A DNA stretch of 60,294 nt, the filler included, from an uncultured virus (IMG/VR IMGVR_UViG_2049941000_000903) (taxonomy: Duplodnaviria > Heunggongvirae > Uroviricota > Caudoviricetes). It is 14 parts of one record of this genome, joined end to end, with 100 filler letters (N's around TTAATTAATTAA, not from the genome) between each part and the next. Parts side by side here need not be neighbours in the genome. Positions count along the whole stretch, not along the records: positions 5,191 to 14,887 come from IMGVR_UViG_2049941000_000903; positions 14,988 to 36,482 come from IMGVR_UViG_2049941000_000903; 12 more parts are not named here. One strand, 5' to 3'. Below, piece by piece: positions 11,356 to 21,822 of the stretch. The notes under the pieces are model-generated. The model did not search any database. It saw nothing but the letters and a program-made list of their open reading frames with translations, and had not been told where the DNA came from. Numbering within the stretch: the first letter of the stretch is position 1; each line of letters opens with the position of its first letter. The translations under genes and the position numbers were made by a program.

Positions 11356-11972
11356 AGTCCTACGAATATCAACTCCTCGGCAAGAGGAAGCGTGTGTACC
11401 CAATCTATGAACTCGTGCCATTCGGGGAGGCGGTGGTTAGCCCTCTGGCGGCAGATGTTCCGCAAGGCTTGGTACGAGAACATATCTATCTTCGTCAACT
11501 CCTTGCCCATCGGAATCTCCGACTTTGCCTTCTGCAACTCCTCGCCAACCAGACCCTTGCAGTCGATGTGCATCGTACTCTCGGAACAGAGCCGTTCGTG
11601 TCCGGCACGATAACATTCGGCTTCGCACCACCAGAACACGGGGGCGGTAATCCTCGCCCATACCACAACGCCACGCATCACCTTGGCGTGTTCGTCACCG
11701 TTCTTGATGAGAGTCTGCAACAGTGCTATGTCCTTCGGATGGGGCGTGACAAGACCGCCGTAGTTCACGGTCTCGCCCTCCATAAAGAAGTCCGACGCGC
11801 CCTTAACCCTCGGTGCTTTCCCAAACGGAAGGCGCAGGGCAAGGAACATCGGCATAAAGCCACCAACCTCAATCGTCTGTATCGTCATACCTTTCTTCTT
11901 TTCACTTGTATCCGTCCACCATACCGGCAAATTAACTTGGCAACTGTAAGCGCGTGAAATAACCCTATTCAT
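11352..11972 (-). CDS. Conserved phage protein, ThyX-like fold suspected
   Basis: HAKVMR, APVFWW, SESTMH and QRANHRLPEW motifs. Confidence 0.55.
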   Translation of the reverse strand: MNRVISRAYSCQVNLPVWWTDTSEKKKGMTIQTIEVGGFMPMFLALRLPFGKAPRVKGASDFFMEGETVNYGGLVTPHPKDIALLQTLIKNGDEHAKVMRGVVVWARITAPVFWWCEAECYRAGHERLCSESTMHIDCKGLVGEELQKAKSEIPMGKELTKIDMFSYQALRNICRQRANHRLPEWHEFIDWVHTLPLAEELIFVGL

Positions 11973-12175
11973 CGTACTATCTCTATCTCGTCAACATCAA
12001 CCCACACATCCTTGGCAATCTCCACCTTCATAGCCTTACCTTGCTTGTCGGAACTCACCGTCAAGGCGTTCAAGACCGTCACGCGCTCACCACGGAACAA
12101 CACCGTGTCGCCAATCTTCACACGCTTGGAATAAAACTCACTTGCCGTCATACCGCAAATCTCTGGTGGGGACAT
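11969..12175 (-). CDS. Hypothetical protein
   Basis: Coupled ORF in the minus-strand operon. Confidence 0.5.
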   Translation of the reverse strand: MSPPEICGMTASEFYSKRVKIGDTVLFRGERVTVLNALTVSSDKQGKAMKVEIAKDVWVDVDEIEIVR

Positions 12176-12515
12176 TTATTCTTTCCCCATTGGGCAACTC
12201 CACGACGGCAGATGAGCCGTCATCGGAGACGTGCTCAATAACGCCAATGCACTTGACATCGCCATCCGCCCAGTGAACATTATCTCCGGCACGGAGGAGA
12301 TTAACAAACGGCTCTTGCTTTACCATCGCACTCTTGCCAAGTACCAAATCGCGCACTTGGGCGTACAACTTATCTCGCATCGGAAACTTGGCACTACCAC
12401 ACGGCGGCACATCAACGCCACGCTCTATCATAGTGCTCAACTCCGTCATAAAGTGCTCGTACTCCGAGAGCGTAGCACGGAGGTTCAGCATCACACCTAT
12501 CTCGTCCTGTGTCAT
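12138..12515 (-). CDS. Hypothetical protein
   Basis: ATGA-coupled ORF (MTQDEIG...). Confidence 0.5.
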   Translation of the reverse strand: MTQDEIGVMLNLRATLSEYEHFMTELSTMIERGVDVPPCGSAKFPMRDKLYAQVRDLVLGKSAMVKQEPFVNLLRAGDNVHWADGDVKCIGVIEHVSDDGSSAVVELPNGERINVPTRDLRYDGK

Positions 12516-12928
12516 TCCAAACCCTCCTCCTTGCGTACCTCCTCCTCGGCCTCGTGAAGCTCTTGCTCCTCCTTCAAGATAATCGCATCCTCCTCGTCCG
12601 TCAAGTCCTCCTTGATGCCGTACAACTCCTTGTGACGGTTGATGCACTCACGCACCGCCTTGTTCAACGCACCCAAGAACTCAACATCGGGGACGCAACC
12701 CAAGACATTGTACATCGAAGCGGCATAATTATGCAAGAAATTCTCGCCGCCGTCATCCATCACCTCCGACATCATACGCCCCGCCATCATACCGTCGCTG
12801 ATGCGTACCGACACCAAGCCACCGATGTCTTGTAACTTGTAATGAGCCTTCTCGCGGTGATACACGAAGTTACCAACGCGCCTGTCACCACGCTCCAATT
12901 TCACTTGGCCTTTCTTTGTTACTTTCAT
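12512..12928 (-). CDS. Hypothetical protein
   Basis: 138-aa coupled ORF with acidic C-terminus. Confidence 0.6.
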   Translation of the reverse strand: MKVTKKGQVKLERGDRRVGNFVYHREKAHYKLQDIGGLVSVRISDGMMAGRMMSEVMDDGGENFLHNYAASMYNVLGCVPDVEFLGALNKAVRECINRHKELYGIKEDLTDEEDAIILKEEQELHEAEEEVRKEEGLE

Positions 12929-13158
12929 TTCTCAATAAACCAAACACTAACCTTGTCACGGCGGTCGAACGATGAACACGCCAAGTATTCGGGACAGTTC
13001 CGATTCGCAAAAGCACAACCGATGCAAGCATCACGAGGAAACTCTATCACACCACGCAACACCACCTCGTAACGCACACCCGCCAACTCAAAGTAATCAC
13101 CCACCGCTATCGTCCGACGCGGCGGAGTACTACTCCGTATGCTCTTATGACTGCCCAT
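12925..13158 (-). CDS. Small Cys-containing hypothetical protein
   Basis: CIGCAF...C...CSSFDRRD motif. Confidence 0.55.
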   Translation of the reverse strand: MGSHKSIRSSTPPRRTIAVGDYFELAGVRYEVVLRGVIEFPRDACIGCAFANRNCPEYLACSSFDRRDKVSVWFIEK

Positions 13159-13616
13159 CACCCACAATTATAAGCATTTCCAAAACAATATCACAACAAT
13201 CCACAACACTTTGTTGAAAACTCCCCAAGCAACCACAAGAAATAATGCGTACCTTTGTGAAAAGTTCTATCACGGGATGGGGATAGGAAGNNNNNNNNNN
13301 CTGAAGGAAAATCACTTCTTTAGTCTTATCTCTATTGACCACAAGAGCCAACCAAAGTGGAGATACCACCGAGTAGCGAAATGCCACACCTCTATTTCGG
13401 GGATGAAGGCAAAGAAATACTCGCGGTTGACAAAGATGCGGTCAAAGTAACATTTCATAGTCCTACGAAGATTAACTCCTCGGCAAGAGGAAGCGTGTGT
13501 ACCCAATCTATGAACTCGTGCCANNNNNNNNNNGAGTTGCAAACCGTCCGACAAGGGTCTTTGTCCGTGCCCTTCCCCCACCCTTTTTTACCACCACGGA
13601 CATCATATAACGGACA

Positions 13617-14338
13617 ATGAGAACCAAGGATGAAGTCGGTCTGGAGGAATTGTTCTCCGGCAGCAAGAGATTAGCGATGAAATACGGCGTGAACGCGGCA
13701 ATCGTTCACCAGACACTCGCATACCACATCAAGGAAGCACAAACGAAAAAACGCAACCTCCGCAACGGACGCTATTGGTACTATGCCACCTACTCCGAAC
13801 TCACCGACAAGATGCCGTTCTTTACCGAAAGACAAGTGCGCTCCGCCATCGGCATACTCGAAAAGGCACACCTCATCACCACCGCACACTTCAAAGGCTC
13901 ACCACAACCACATACCACCTGGTACGACATCCCCGATGCCGTGATGACACACGCATACCCCACACAAAAACGCGGTAAACAAAATGACAAGAGCGTCAGC
14001 CAAAGCGACACGGATGTCAATCAAAGTGACACCAATGTCAGTCAAAGTGACAAAATTGTCACTTCCACTAACCTTATATATACCCATAGTAACACACATA
14101 TAGATACCATACAAAAGAAAAAAGAAATTATTAAAGAAAAAGAACATTTTTGCTCCAATGCCGAGTACNNNNNNNNNNCAGATGTCACTTCCACTAACCT
14201 TATATATACCCGTAATAACACACATATAGATACCATACAAGAAAAAGAAAACAATTCTTTTGTTATTAAAGAAAAAGAACATTTCTGCTCCCCTGCCGAA
14301 TACCACAAGTGGAAAGCCACCCTCCTCAACAACCTCCG
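13617..14338 (+). CDS. Lambda-O-like replication initiator (HTH), gapped
   Basis: KYGVNAAI, GRYWYY and TWY motifs; internal iterons. Confidence 0.7.
13985..14061. repeat. Four 21-bp-period iterons (TGACA-N4-TGTCA-like), probable origin
   Basis: Palindromic units at 13985, 14006, 14027 and 14048 followed by an AT-rich tract. Confidence 0.7.
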
Positions 14339-15025
14339 NNNNNNNNNNGGCTTTTTTGCCGTTTTAATCCCGTTCTAACTGGTTATAAATCACTTACTTT
14401 GCTATATTATTGTTATAATGTAGCATTTTAGGCTATTCCTAGAGGCTTCGCCCGTTGCTGTCTGTCAGTCCTATTTACGCGGCTTTCTCTTTTTCCGATA
14501 TGGGTCAAAAGGGANNNNNNNNNNCGCACAAGTGACTAACTAAGTATGACCATCGACCAAGTAACAGGCATCCTCACGGGCATCCGTGGGCGCGNNNNNN
14601 NNNNACTTGCGGCCCTTTCGGGCCACTTTTCCGGCCTTTTCGGCCTTGTTATAATAGTCTATTCATATAGACTATCGTTACGCCTTGTGGCCGTCCTGAA
14701 AGGCCCTATCTTGCCGCCTAACTTGTTGACGCGCTTGTATTATCCTACTTGCGCGGCCTAAAGGAGCNNNNNNNNNNGCCGCGCGAAGTTCGAATTTCCC
14801 CGTATCCGGCCTATTTTATGCCCGTTTTTGTCAAGTTTAGACCCAAAAATTGACCTTTGTAATACTCTATATAAATAGACTATTGTTNNNNNNNNNNNNN
14901 NNNNNNNNNNNNNNNNNNNNNNNNNNNNNNNTTAATTAATTAANNNNNNNNNNNNNNNNNNNNNNNNNNNNNNNNNNNNNNNNNNNNGAGGCACGCGAGG
15001 GATGGGTAAACTAACACGGACGATT

Positions 15026-15223
15026 ATGGGACTCTTACAGACAACAAGAACGGATCATTACAAAGGTCACGAGATAGCCCGTGTGGAGTCACCTCTCCAG
15101 ACCTTTTTTGTGGTTGACGGAAATTACTCCAGGGCACTCTGGAGCGTTGCCGATGCCAAACGGATGATTAACGGCAAGGACACTCTGTCCGAGCCGGTGG
15201 ATATACAGTATATGAACGATTAA
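15026..15223 (+). CDS. Hypothetical protein
   Basis: Short ORF with an AT-rich leader. Confidence 0.45.
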   Translation: MGLLQTTRTDHYKGHEIARVESPLQTFFVVDGNYSRALWSVADAKRMINGKDTLSEPVDIQYMND

Positions 15224-15377
15224 AACTTTTGGGTTATGGTATCACTTATCAACAACAACAGCGTCAGGAACGGCAACGCCGACTACTGGGCACGCCTGGG
15301 GGCTATCCTCAAGGAGAACAAAGAAAACGGCATATCGAACGAGATATACGCGGACTTGGCCCTTCTCNNNNNNNNNN

Positions 15378-15533
15378 GGAAGCACTTTTTAAGGCCGTGG
15401 AGACGCACGGAGGGGCACAGTCGGCCAGCATATCGAAGCACCTCCGAAACGCGGGGATAAAGGACTGGGAAGACCTCATCAGGCGCAAGCTGATGGACTT
15501 CCGCGACGGGCTGAAGAAAGACCTGGCCCCATC
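15378..15533 (+). CDS. Fragment of a third tyrosine recombinase (N-terminal domain)
   Basis: GIKDWEDL...LMDFRDGLKKDLAP resembles GIRDFDDC...LAEFVAYIRARVAP of 24216-25037. Confidence 0.5.
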
Positions 15534-15599
15534 NNNNNNNNNNATCCGTGGAACTACTCGACAAAGTAGAGTCAGACCTACGGTGGAAACATCGTAAAT

Positions 15600-16344
15600 A
15601 ATCAAGTGACTTACACCATTCACTTCCACAAAATACAAAAATAACAACCTTACTTGTGCCGAACTCTGGCACATCTAAAGCAAAATATCTATCCCATAGG
15701 GATAGATGGTGAAAAAATAAAAAAATTCACAATTAAAAATTTTGGTGCAAAAATTTTTGGCGATACTCCCCGCGCAGTCGAAGTTCGACATACGGGGTGA
15801 CCCCGTCAATTTTGCACAATTTTATGCGAGTTTAGACCCAAAACTTGACATTTGTAATACTCTATATAAATAGACTATTGATTTAACTTTGTGCCTATTG
15901 TGTCAAGTTCTGGCTATCTTGAAAGTCATTTACAACCGTTCCGAAGTTGTCAAGATAGGTCAAAACATTTCTTTTGACTTTTTCCAAATTACCTTCGTTC
16001 CGTTCGGTTACTTTTGAACAATTCCAATTTATACCTTCGTGAAGTTAGTTTAGAACAATTCTAAATTGTACTTTGTTGGTATGGTACTAAGTTAGGGTTT
16101 TTAATCCCGTCCGAAGTTAGGTAAATTTAACCCTATTTTTGTGGGGTTGTTTGGGGTTGTTTTGGTGCGCTCAGGCGCAATGCTATACAACCATATCAAA
16201 AGCGCGGTTTTGTGTGGGTTTTTCGTTATGCGTTCAAATGCGTTTATTTAGCGCAGAAACGGCCCAAATTTGCGTTTATAGGTAGTAAACCATATAAATA
16301 TACCTTTGCGGTTTTTCGCGCTCAATACAACCGCGAAGAAAGGG
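15600..16344. other. Long AT-rich non-coding region (possible genome end/pac or early control region)
   Basis: No credible ORF; palindrome 15687-15707; about 36-bp imperfect repeats 15980-16080; TACCTTTG promoter near 16301. Confidence 0.5.
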
Positions 16345-16582
16345 NNNNNNNNNNNNNNNNNNNNNNNNNNNNNNNNNNNNNNNNNNNNNNNNNNNNNNNN
16401 NNNNNNNNNNNNNNNNNNNNNNNNNNNNNNNNNNNNNNNNNNNNNNNNNNNNNNNNNNNNNNNNNNNNNNNNNNNNNNNNNNNNNNNNNNNNNNNNNNNN
16501 NNNNNNNNNNNNNNNNNNNNNNNNNNNNNNNNNNNNNNNNNNNNNNNNNNNNNNNNNNNNNNNNNNNNNNNNNNNNNNNNNC

Positions 16583-17116
16583 TTCGGGAAGGGTGAGTTA
16601 ACCGTTTACGATTGCATTGTAACCGCAGTTGACGGAACGAAGACAACCTACACAGAGAAGCCTATCGGTTACTACAAACGCATTTTTGGCGCGGTTGTAA
16701 ACCACAGGGAAGGCACAATGACAACCGCAAAGGTTATGACCGAAGAGGACATAACAAACGCGGTTTTGGCGTGGGAAGGCAAGATACTTGCAACCGCAGA
16801 GAAACTGCAAAGGTACGCACCAGAGGGTTATGATCTCTTGATAGTTCCTTGCAAGAAGGACACAAAGGAAATGTTAACCCTTCCCGATTGCTCAGCGGTT
16901 GTGCGCTCTCAAATCATTGCAAGAAATGAGAAGGCACAGGCCGAAAAAGCAGCAGCAGAGAAGGCACAGGCAGAGCGCAAAGAGAAGGCAGACCGCAGGG
17001 ACATTGCGAAGGCCGTTATGACCGCAGACGGGATTCAGGCAGAGATTATGAAGGCCGTTATTGCAGGGGACTTCGCAAAGGTTGCAGAATTGACCGCACA
17101 GGCGCAGGCAGTGTAG
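16583..17116 (+). CDS. Hypothetical Ala/Lys-rich early protein (start in gap)
   Basis: Frame is open from the gap to the stop codon. Confidence 0.6.
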   Translation, partial: FGKGELTVYDCIVTAVDGTKTTYTEKPIGYYKRIFGAVVNHREGTMTTAKVMTEEDITNAVLAWEGKILATAEKLQRYAPEGYDLLIVPCKKDTKEMLTLPDCSAVVRSQIIARNEKAQAEKAAAEKAQAERKEKADRRDIAKAVMTADGIQAEIMKAVIAGDFAKVAELTAQAQAV

Positions 17117-17135
17117 TAAGAGAGTGAACAAAGTT

Positions 17136-17174
17136 AAACCCCGTTCGGAGTCAAGTCCGGACGGGGTTTTTCTT
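17136..17174 (+). terminator. Rho-independent terminator
   Basis: AAACCCCGTTCGGA-GTCAAG-TCCGGACGGGGTTT followed by a T tract. Confidence 0.8.
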
Positions 17175-17309
17175 TGTGGAAACTTGACAATTTTACTAAT
17201 ATGGTACTTCTTAATTTGACATACTTTTACGGCCGTTTCGACAACTTCGGAACGGCCTTCTTCGTTTCTATGCGAAGGGTTGTCGATGCAAGAGGAAGTC
17301 AAGAAGGTG

Positions 17310-17435
17310 GTCGAACAGATCTCCGAAGTTGTGGCCGAACGGCCACCCGAACGACTCCGAAAAGTCACCCGAACGATTCCGGTCGAACGACTCCGTAAAT
17401 GTACCCGAACGATTATTCACTTCAAACCGAACGAA
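17310..17435 (+). repeat. GAACG repeat array, type A
   Basis: Six CGAACG copies, all on the + strand. Confidence 0.8.
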
Positions 17436-17436
17436 T

Positions 17437-17520
17437 ATGTTTCAAGTTTTATTCATCATCCTTTGCCTTCTCGTGCCCGCGTTCAACGATTGGACGGAGA
17501 AGTGCCGCAACAACGACTAA
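17437..17520 (+). CDS. 27-aa hydrophobic peptide
   Basis: MFQVLFIILCLLVPAFNDWTEKCRNND directly after array A. Confidence 0.4.
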   Translation: MFQVLFIILCLLVPAFNDWTEKCRNND

Positions 17521-17524
17521 CGTT

Positions 17525-17764
17525 ATGAAGAAGTATTATCACCGCCTTTGCGACCTTCTTGAATCGAGAAGGGAACGCGAATGGTTCAAGTCGCTCTCCG
17601 ACTACGACCACCGAAGTATCCAATACGATTTGGATATGGAACATCAAGCCCCCACGACCTCTTCTATGCACTCCGGCAACGGCTTTAACGCGCTTTGTGT
17701 GCAGTACGGGCCGGAAGTGAACACCGCTCCGCTTTACCTTCGTGTTTATCCTAACTTTCGATAG
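17525..17764 (+). CDS. Hypothetical protein
   Basis: 79 aa, tightly packed. Confidence 0.55.
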   Translation: MKKYYHRLCDLLESRREREWFKSLSDYDHRSIQYDLDMEHQAPTTSSMHSGNGFNALCVQYGPEVNTAPLYLRVYPNFR

Positions 17765-17766
17765 TT

Positions 17767-18033
17767 ATGCAAACGTACTACAATGTTTTCGAGGAGTTCA
17801 AGGGCGCGTATTGTGACCTTGCTTACGAATCACTCCACGGCTCGTTTATGAGTGAGGGAGATGCCAGGAACCAGATGAAGTTCCTTGCGCACGAGTTTGA
17901 GCAAAAGTTCAACGGAGTTATGGTGTCCGAGTCCGACAACAAGATTGTCGTGGAGGTTCGCGCTTGCAACAATCTCATCAACGAGGACGAAGTTTCATCC
18001 TTTCACACTTTCTCGGTACGATGCGGATTCTAA
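17767..18033 (+). CDS. Hypothetical acidic protein
   Basis: 88-aa ORF. Confidence 0.6.
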   Translation: MQTYYNVFEEFKGAYCDLAYESLHGSFMSEGDARNQMKFLAHEFEQKFNGVMVSESDNKIVVEVRACNNLINEDEVSSFHTFSVRCGF

Positions 18034-18053
18034 TCACTTCCATCACCCTCAAT

Positions 18054-18292
18054 GCCGAACGAACGGGCCGGAGTGGTCAAACGACCAAGCCGGCCCGCCT
18101 TCGTGAACGACCTTGGGGAAGTGTCCGAACGGGCAAGACCGAACGGGCAAGGGGGAGTGAACGAGGTGGGCGGAGTGCCCGAACGAACGAGGGCGGGAGT
18201 ACCCGAACAACCGAGGGTGTACCCGAACGATTTAGAAGATGCGGCCGAACGAGTAGTCGTTACTCCGAGCGATACGGACGGCCCGCACGAAG
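18054..18292 (+). repeat. GAACG repeat array, type B (G-rich)
   Basis: About 10 GAACG plus GTCAAACGACCAAG and CAAGGGGGAG, shared with 23960-24160. Confidence 0.8.
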
Positions 18293-18312
18293 GTATTTAA
18301 CCACTTTACGTT

Positions 18313-19926
18313 ATGTTATATTATAACTTCAACAACTACGAAGGGTTCAAGGAACGCTTCGGAGTCCGTACTTGCGGAAACGGTGAAAAGTCCCGCAAAA
18401 ACAAGATTCTTCTTTCCTATGTCAAGCAACCTTCGTTGCTCCGCGCTTGCCGTGAAAGCGGCAACTACTCCGAGTTGAACTTGGAGAATATGACCCAACT
18501 TTGGTCAACCTTGAAGTGCAAGATTAGCAACTACACCTTCTCGAACGCATCGAAGGGAACTCTCGGATGTCCGGCCTTTTGGCTTGAGAACTTCTACCTC
18601 GGTTGCAAGCGGTACAAACTTGACGAGTTTGAGGGCATTTGCCAGGACGGTGACTCCACGCGCATCCGTTGCATCATCGTGGCCGAGGGGAAGGTCAAGA
18701 AGGTCAAGCCAGGCAAATTCTTCGGTGCTTGCTTGGATGATATGAACTTCGAGTTGCCCGAACCCGTCCGTCGTTGGATGGAAGAAGAGTTTACCCGTAC
18801 TTGGGAGGTCTATGCGTCCGCGCTTGTGCCGCCCACCACTACACTCCACGTTGACGATAACTTCTCCGACATCTATGACTCGGACGAGTGCAAGGGTGAC
18901 TTCGGTTCGTGTATGGTCGATGACGCCCAGTGGAGTTTCTATCGTGACGCGGTGGACGCGAGTGCCGCCTACCTTCGGAACGACAAGGACGGGAAGATAG
19001 TGGCCCGTTGCATCGTTTTCAACAAGGTACGGGACGAACGAACCGGGGAGTGCCTACGACTTGCAGAACGGCAGTACTCCACGGACGGGGATGAAACGTT
19101 GAAGCGTATGCTCGTTGATGCACTTATCAAGGGCGGGCATATTGACGGCTACAAGAAGGTGGGCGTGGGATGCCACGACAACCGCGCGTATGTCGGAGTT
19201 GACGGCTCGGATTGGTCGTGCCGCAACTTCTCTATTGAGTGCAACTTGGACGATGACGATGTGATGTCCTATCAAGATTCCTTCGTGTACTACGATATGG
19301 AAGGCCGTAGGGCGTACAACTATGACGAAGAGAACACGACCGAGTGCTTGAACGACACATCAACTTACTTCCACGCCAATTACGATGACTTCAACGAGTG
19401 TTACACCACCCAAGAGTTGTACGAAGTCTATGCCCACGGAAGGTGGATGAACACCGACTACGACACGCGCGAGGAATACTTCACCGAGTGCAACGGCACT
19501 TACTATCTCACCGAGGAGTGCGAGTGTTGTCCTCGTTGTGGCGAGTGGTTCTATGTCGGTGACAGGTGCGGTGACTACTACTCCGAACTCACCGAGGAAG
19601 TCTATTGTTGCTCCACTTGTCTTGAGGAGGCCGAAATGGACTACCGAAGAGACCATATGATGTGGTCGGACTATGATTGCGAGGAGTACGACGAGGAGGG
19701 CCACGTTACCATTTGGAAGAGATGGGAATATTCGGAGTATCGCGGTAGCGGTTGCTACTTTGAGCAAACCATCTCCTTCGAGTCTTTACAAAAGATGATT
19801 GACCGCGATGAAGTCATCCTTTGCGGTGGTGTGTGGTACGAAGTGCCGTACACCAAGGAGTACGCGTGGAACGTTAATTGGTGGCACGAAGTCTATCACG
19901 CCCGTGTCCGAGTGTATAACAACTAA
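18313..19926 (+). CDS. Cys/Tyr/acid-rich protein with GSCM motif
   Basis: 537 aa; GSCM, ARCIVF, MSYQDSF; C-terminal CxxC clusters. Confidence 0.7.
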   Translation: MLYYNFNNYEGFKERFGVRTCGNGEKSRKNKILLSYVKQPSLLRACRESGNYSELNLENMTQLWSTLKCKISNYTFSNASKGTLGCPAFWLENFYLGCKRYKLDEFEGICQDGDSTRIRCIIVAEGKVKKVKPGKFFGACLDDMNFELPEPVRRWMEEEFTRTWEVYASALVPPTTTLHVDDNFSDIYDSDECKGDFGSCMVDDAQWSFYRDAVDASAAYLRNDKDGKIVARCIVFNKVRDERTGECLRLAERQYSTDGDETLKRMLVDALIKGGHIDGYKKVGVGCHDNRAYVGVDGSDWSCRNFSIECNLDDDDVMSYQDSFVYYDMEGRRAYNYDEENTTECLNDTSTYFHANYDDFNECYTTQELYEVYAHGRWMNTDYDTREEYFTECNGTYYLTEECECCPRCGEWFYVGDRCGDYYSELTEEVYCCSTCLEEAEMDYRRDHMMWSDYDCEEYDEEGHVTIWKRWEYSEYRGSGCYFEQTISFESLQKMIDRDEVILCGGVWYEVPYTKEYAWNVNWWHEVYHARVRVYNN

Positions 19927-19938
19927 TACTTCGAAGTT

Positions 19939-21060
19939 ATGGAAAATAAGGAATTACTATACGACCTTTATCGTATCTATTCGCCTTCTCGTGGCGAAAA
20001 GCGGCTCAAGAAGTTCGTGAAGAACTACATCCGCACGAACATCCCAGGAGTTGAAATCACCCACGACAATGTGGGGAACATCTACGCGAAGAAGGGGGCG
20101 GGTGACAGCTTCCCTTGCGTGGTGAGTCACCTCGACCAAGTGCAGAAGGTACACGAGAGTGACTTTATGTGCATCGAAGTCGAAGGCAAGGTGTTCGGTT
20201 TCTCGCCGAAGTCTATGGAGATGCGCGGTCTTGGCGCGGATGACAAGAACGGGGTGTGGGTTTGCCTCCAATGTCTTGCCAAGTTCGACAACATCAAGTG
20301 CGCCTTCTTTGTTGGAGAGGAGATAGGGTGTGTCGGTTCATCCGATGCCGATATGAAGTTCTTTGAGGATTGTCGGTTCGTACTCCAGTGCGACCGCCGG
20401 AACGGTGGCGACCTTATCACCTCCATTTGGGGCGACCTTTGCTCCGAAGAGTTCCTCGCGGATATTGACTTCAAGGACTTCGGCTACAAGGAAACGGATG
20501 GCCTCTCCACCGATGTCGGCACACTTAAAGACAACGGCTTGAAGGTGTCGTGTGTGAATATGTCTTGCGGTTACTATGCTCCACACACTGACGAGGAGTA
20601 CACCGACCTGGCCGAACTCCAACACTGTCTTGACTTTGTGTGCCACATCATCGGGAAGTGCACGAAAGTCTATCCCCACGAAGGCTCGTCGTACAAGTGG
20701 GGAGGCAACGACTACGATTGTGATGACCTCTTCGCCCGTCCGTATGGTGGCTATGGAGGTTACACCGCCTACGGGCCGAAACAACCGATAAAGGTTGCCG
20801 CATCTTCCGGCAAGCATTGGGGGTGGAACGAGCGCACACACTCCTACGAGTGGGTGGACGATGAGCCGGAAGAGGACATCGTGAACCAAGATGAGATTGA
20901 TGACATCAACTCCGAGATATACGACTGCTGCCTGAACGGGATGGAAGATAAGGACATCATCACGGACATCCAATACTTCTTCCCGTACTACGACTCCCCT
21001 ACTATCCAAGGGATGATTGACGATGTGCGGAGGTCATTCGACTTCCGTCAGTATTCATAA
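19939..21060 (+). CDS. M20/M28-family zinc metallopeptidase
   Basis: SHLD, GADDKNG, GEEIG, QCDRR and YYAPHT metal-ligand motifs. Confidence 0.85.
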   Translation: MENKELLYDLYRIYSPSRGEKRLKKFVKNYIRTNIPGVEITHDNVGNIYAKKGAGDSFPCVVSHLDQVQKVHESDFMCIEVEGKVFGFSPKSMEMRGLGADDKNGVWVCLQCLAKFDNIKCAFFVGEEIGCVGSSDADMKFFEDCRFVLQCDRRNGGDLITSIWGDLCSEEFLADIDFKDFGYKETDGLSTDVGTLKDNGLKVSCVNMSCGYYAPHTDEEYTDLAELQHCLDFVCHIIGKCTKVYPHEGSSYKWGGNDYDCDDLFARPYGGYGGYTAYGPKQPIKVAASSGKHWGWNERTHSYEWVDDEPEEDIVNQDEIDDINSEIYDCCLNGMEDKDIITDIQYFFPYYDSPTIQGMIDDVRRSFDFRQYS

Positions 21061-21155
21061 CGTATTAAAGTGGAACACCCGTGCGAAGGCGCGATGCCGT
21101 CCGACCGAATCGGGCCACGGGTGCTACTTGTTTAACCCTTTAATACTTCACCATT

Positions 21156-21383
21156 ATGAAAGTATATCAAGTCCTTATCCACAACACGGAGTATGCCCAC
21201 GGCTACAAAGATGACGAGTCGTGGACTACCTTCGGCCCTACCTACCACGATAAGAATCTCGCGGAAAAAGCGAAGGCGCACTACAACGCCACGCACAAAT
21301 GCACCGATGACTTCTACACCTATGCCACAGTGCGAGAGGTCGAGGTCTTTAATTACTTTTCACCAATTCAGTTGAACTTCTAA
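21156..21383 (+). CDS. Hypothetical protein
   Basis: 75-aa ORF. Confidence 0.55.
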   Translation: MKVYQVLIHNTEYAHGYKDDESWTTFGPTYHDKNLAEKAKAHYNATHKCTDDFYTYATVREVEVFNYFSPIQLNF

Positions 21384-21394
21384 ATCCTTATGTT

Positions 21395-21814
21395 ATGAAC
21401 AAAGATTTACACCTTCTCGGTCAACTCACGACCGAACTTCTAATCAACGCCGAAGAGTTCGGTGACGGATGCCTGGGCACGGCCGGAACACTTGTGCCCG
21501 AAGATGTGGAGATGCTCACCCGCGTGGAGGCATTTTGCCAAGAGCCGAAGATCTGGGTCGTGGCCCAGGACGAAGTGGTAGAGGGCGAGATTAACGACCG
21601 CCCCGTCCACATCTTCTTTAATCGTGCCGATGCCCTTGCCGATTTCAACTCCACGGTGTCCGAGGCAAAGAAAGAACTTCTTGAATACGGGTGGACACTC
21701 AACGACGAGTACACCGACGGGGATGACCACCTCTTCTTTGAGGCTTGGATGGAGTCAGAGGCGTATTCCTATTGCCACTATCGCACCGAACTTTATTCCG
21801 TAAACATCAAATAA
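21395..21814 (+). CDS. Hypothetical acidic protein
   Basis: 139-aa ORF. Confidence 0.6.
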   Translation: MNKDLHLLGQLTTELLINAEEFGDGCLGTAGTLVPEDVEMLTRVEAFCQEPKIWVVAQDEVVEGEINDRPVHIFFNRADALADFNSTVSEAKKELLEYGWTLNDEYTDGDDHLFFEAWMESEAYSYCHYRTELYSVNIK

Positions 21815-21822
21815 CAAAAGAT

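Noticed and set aside
17280..18300. ORFs overlapping the arrays (PER/PND-rich translations)
   Set aside because: Several frames are open only because of low complexity, and there is no consistent frame between arrays; coding is not excluded but unsupported
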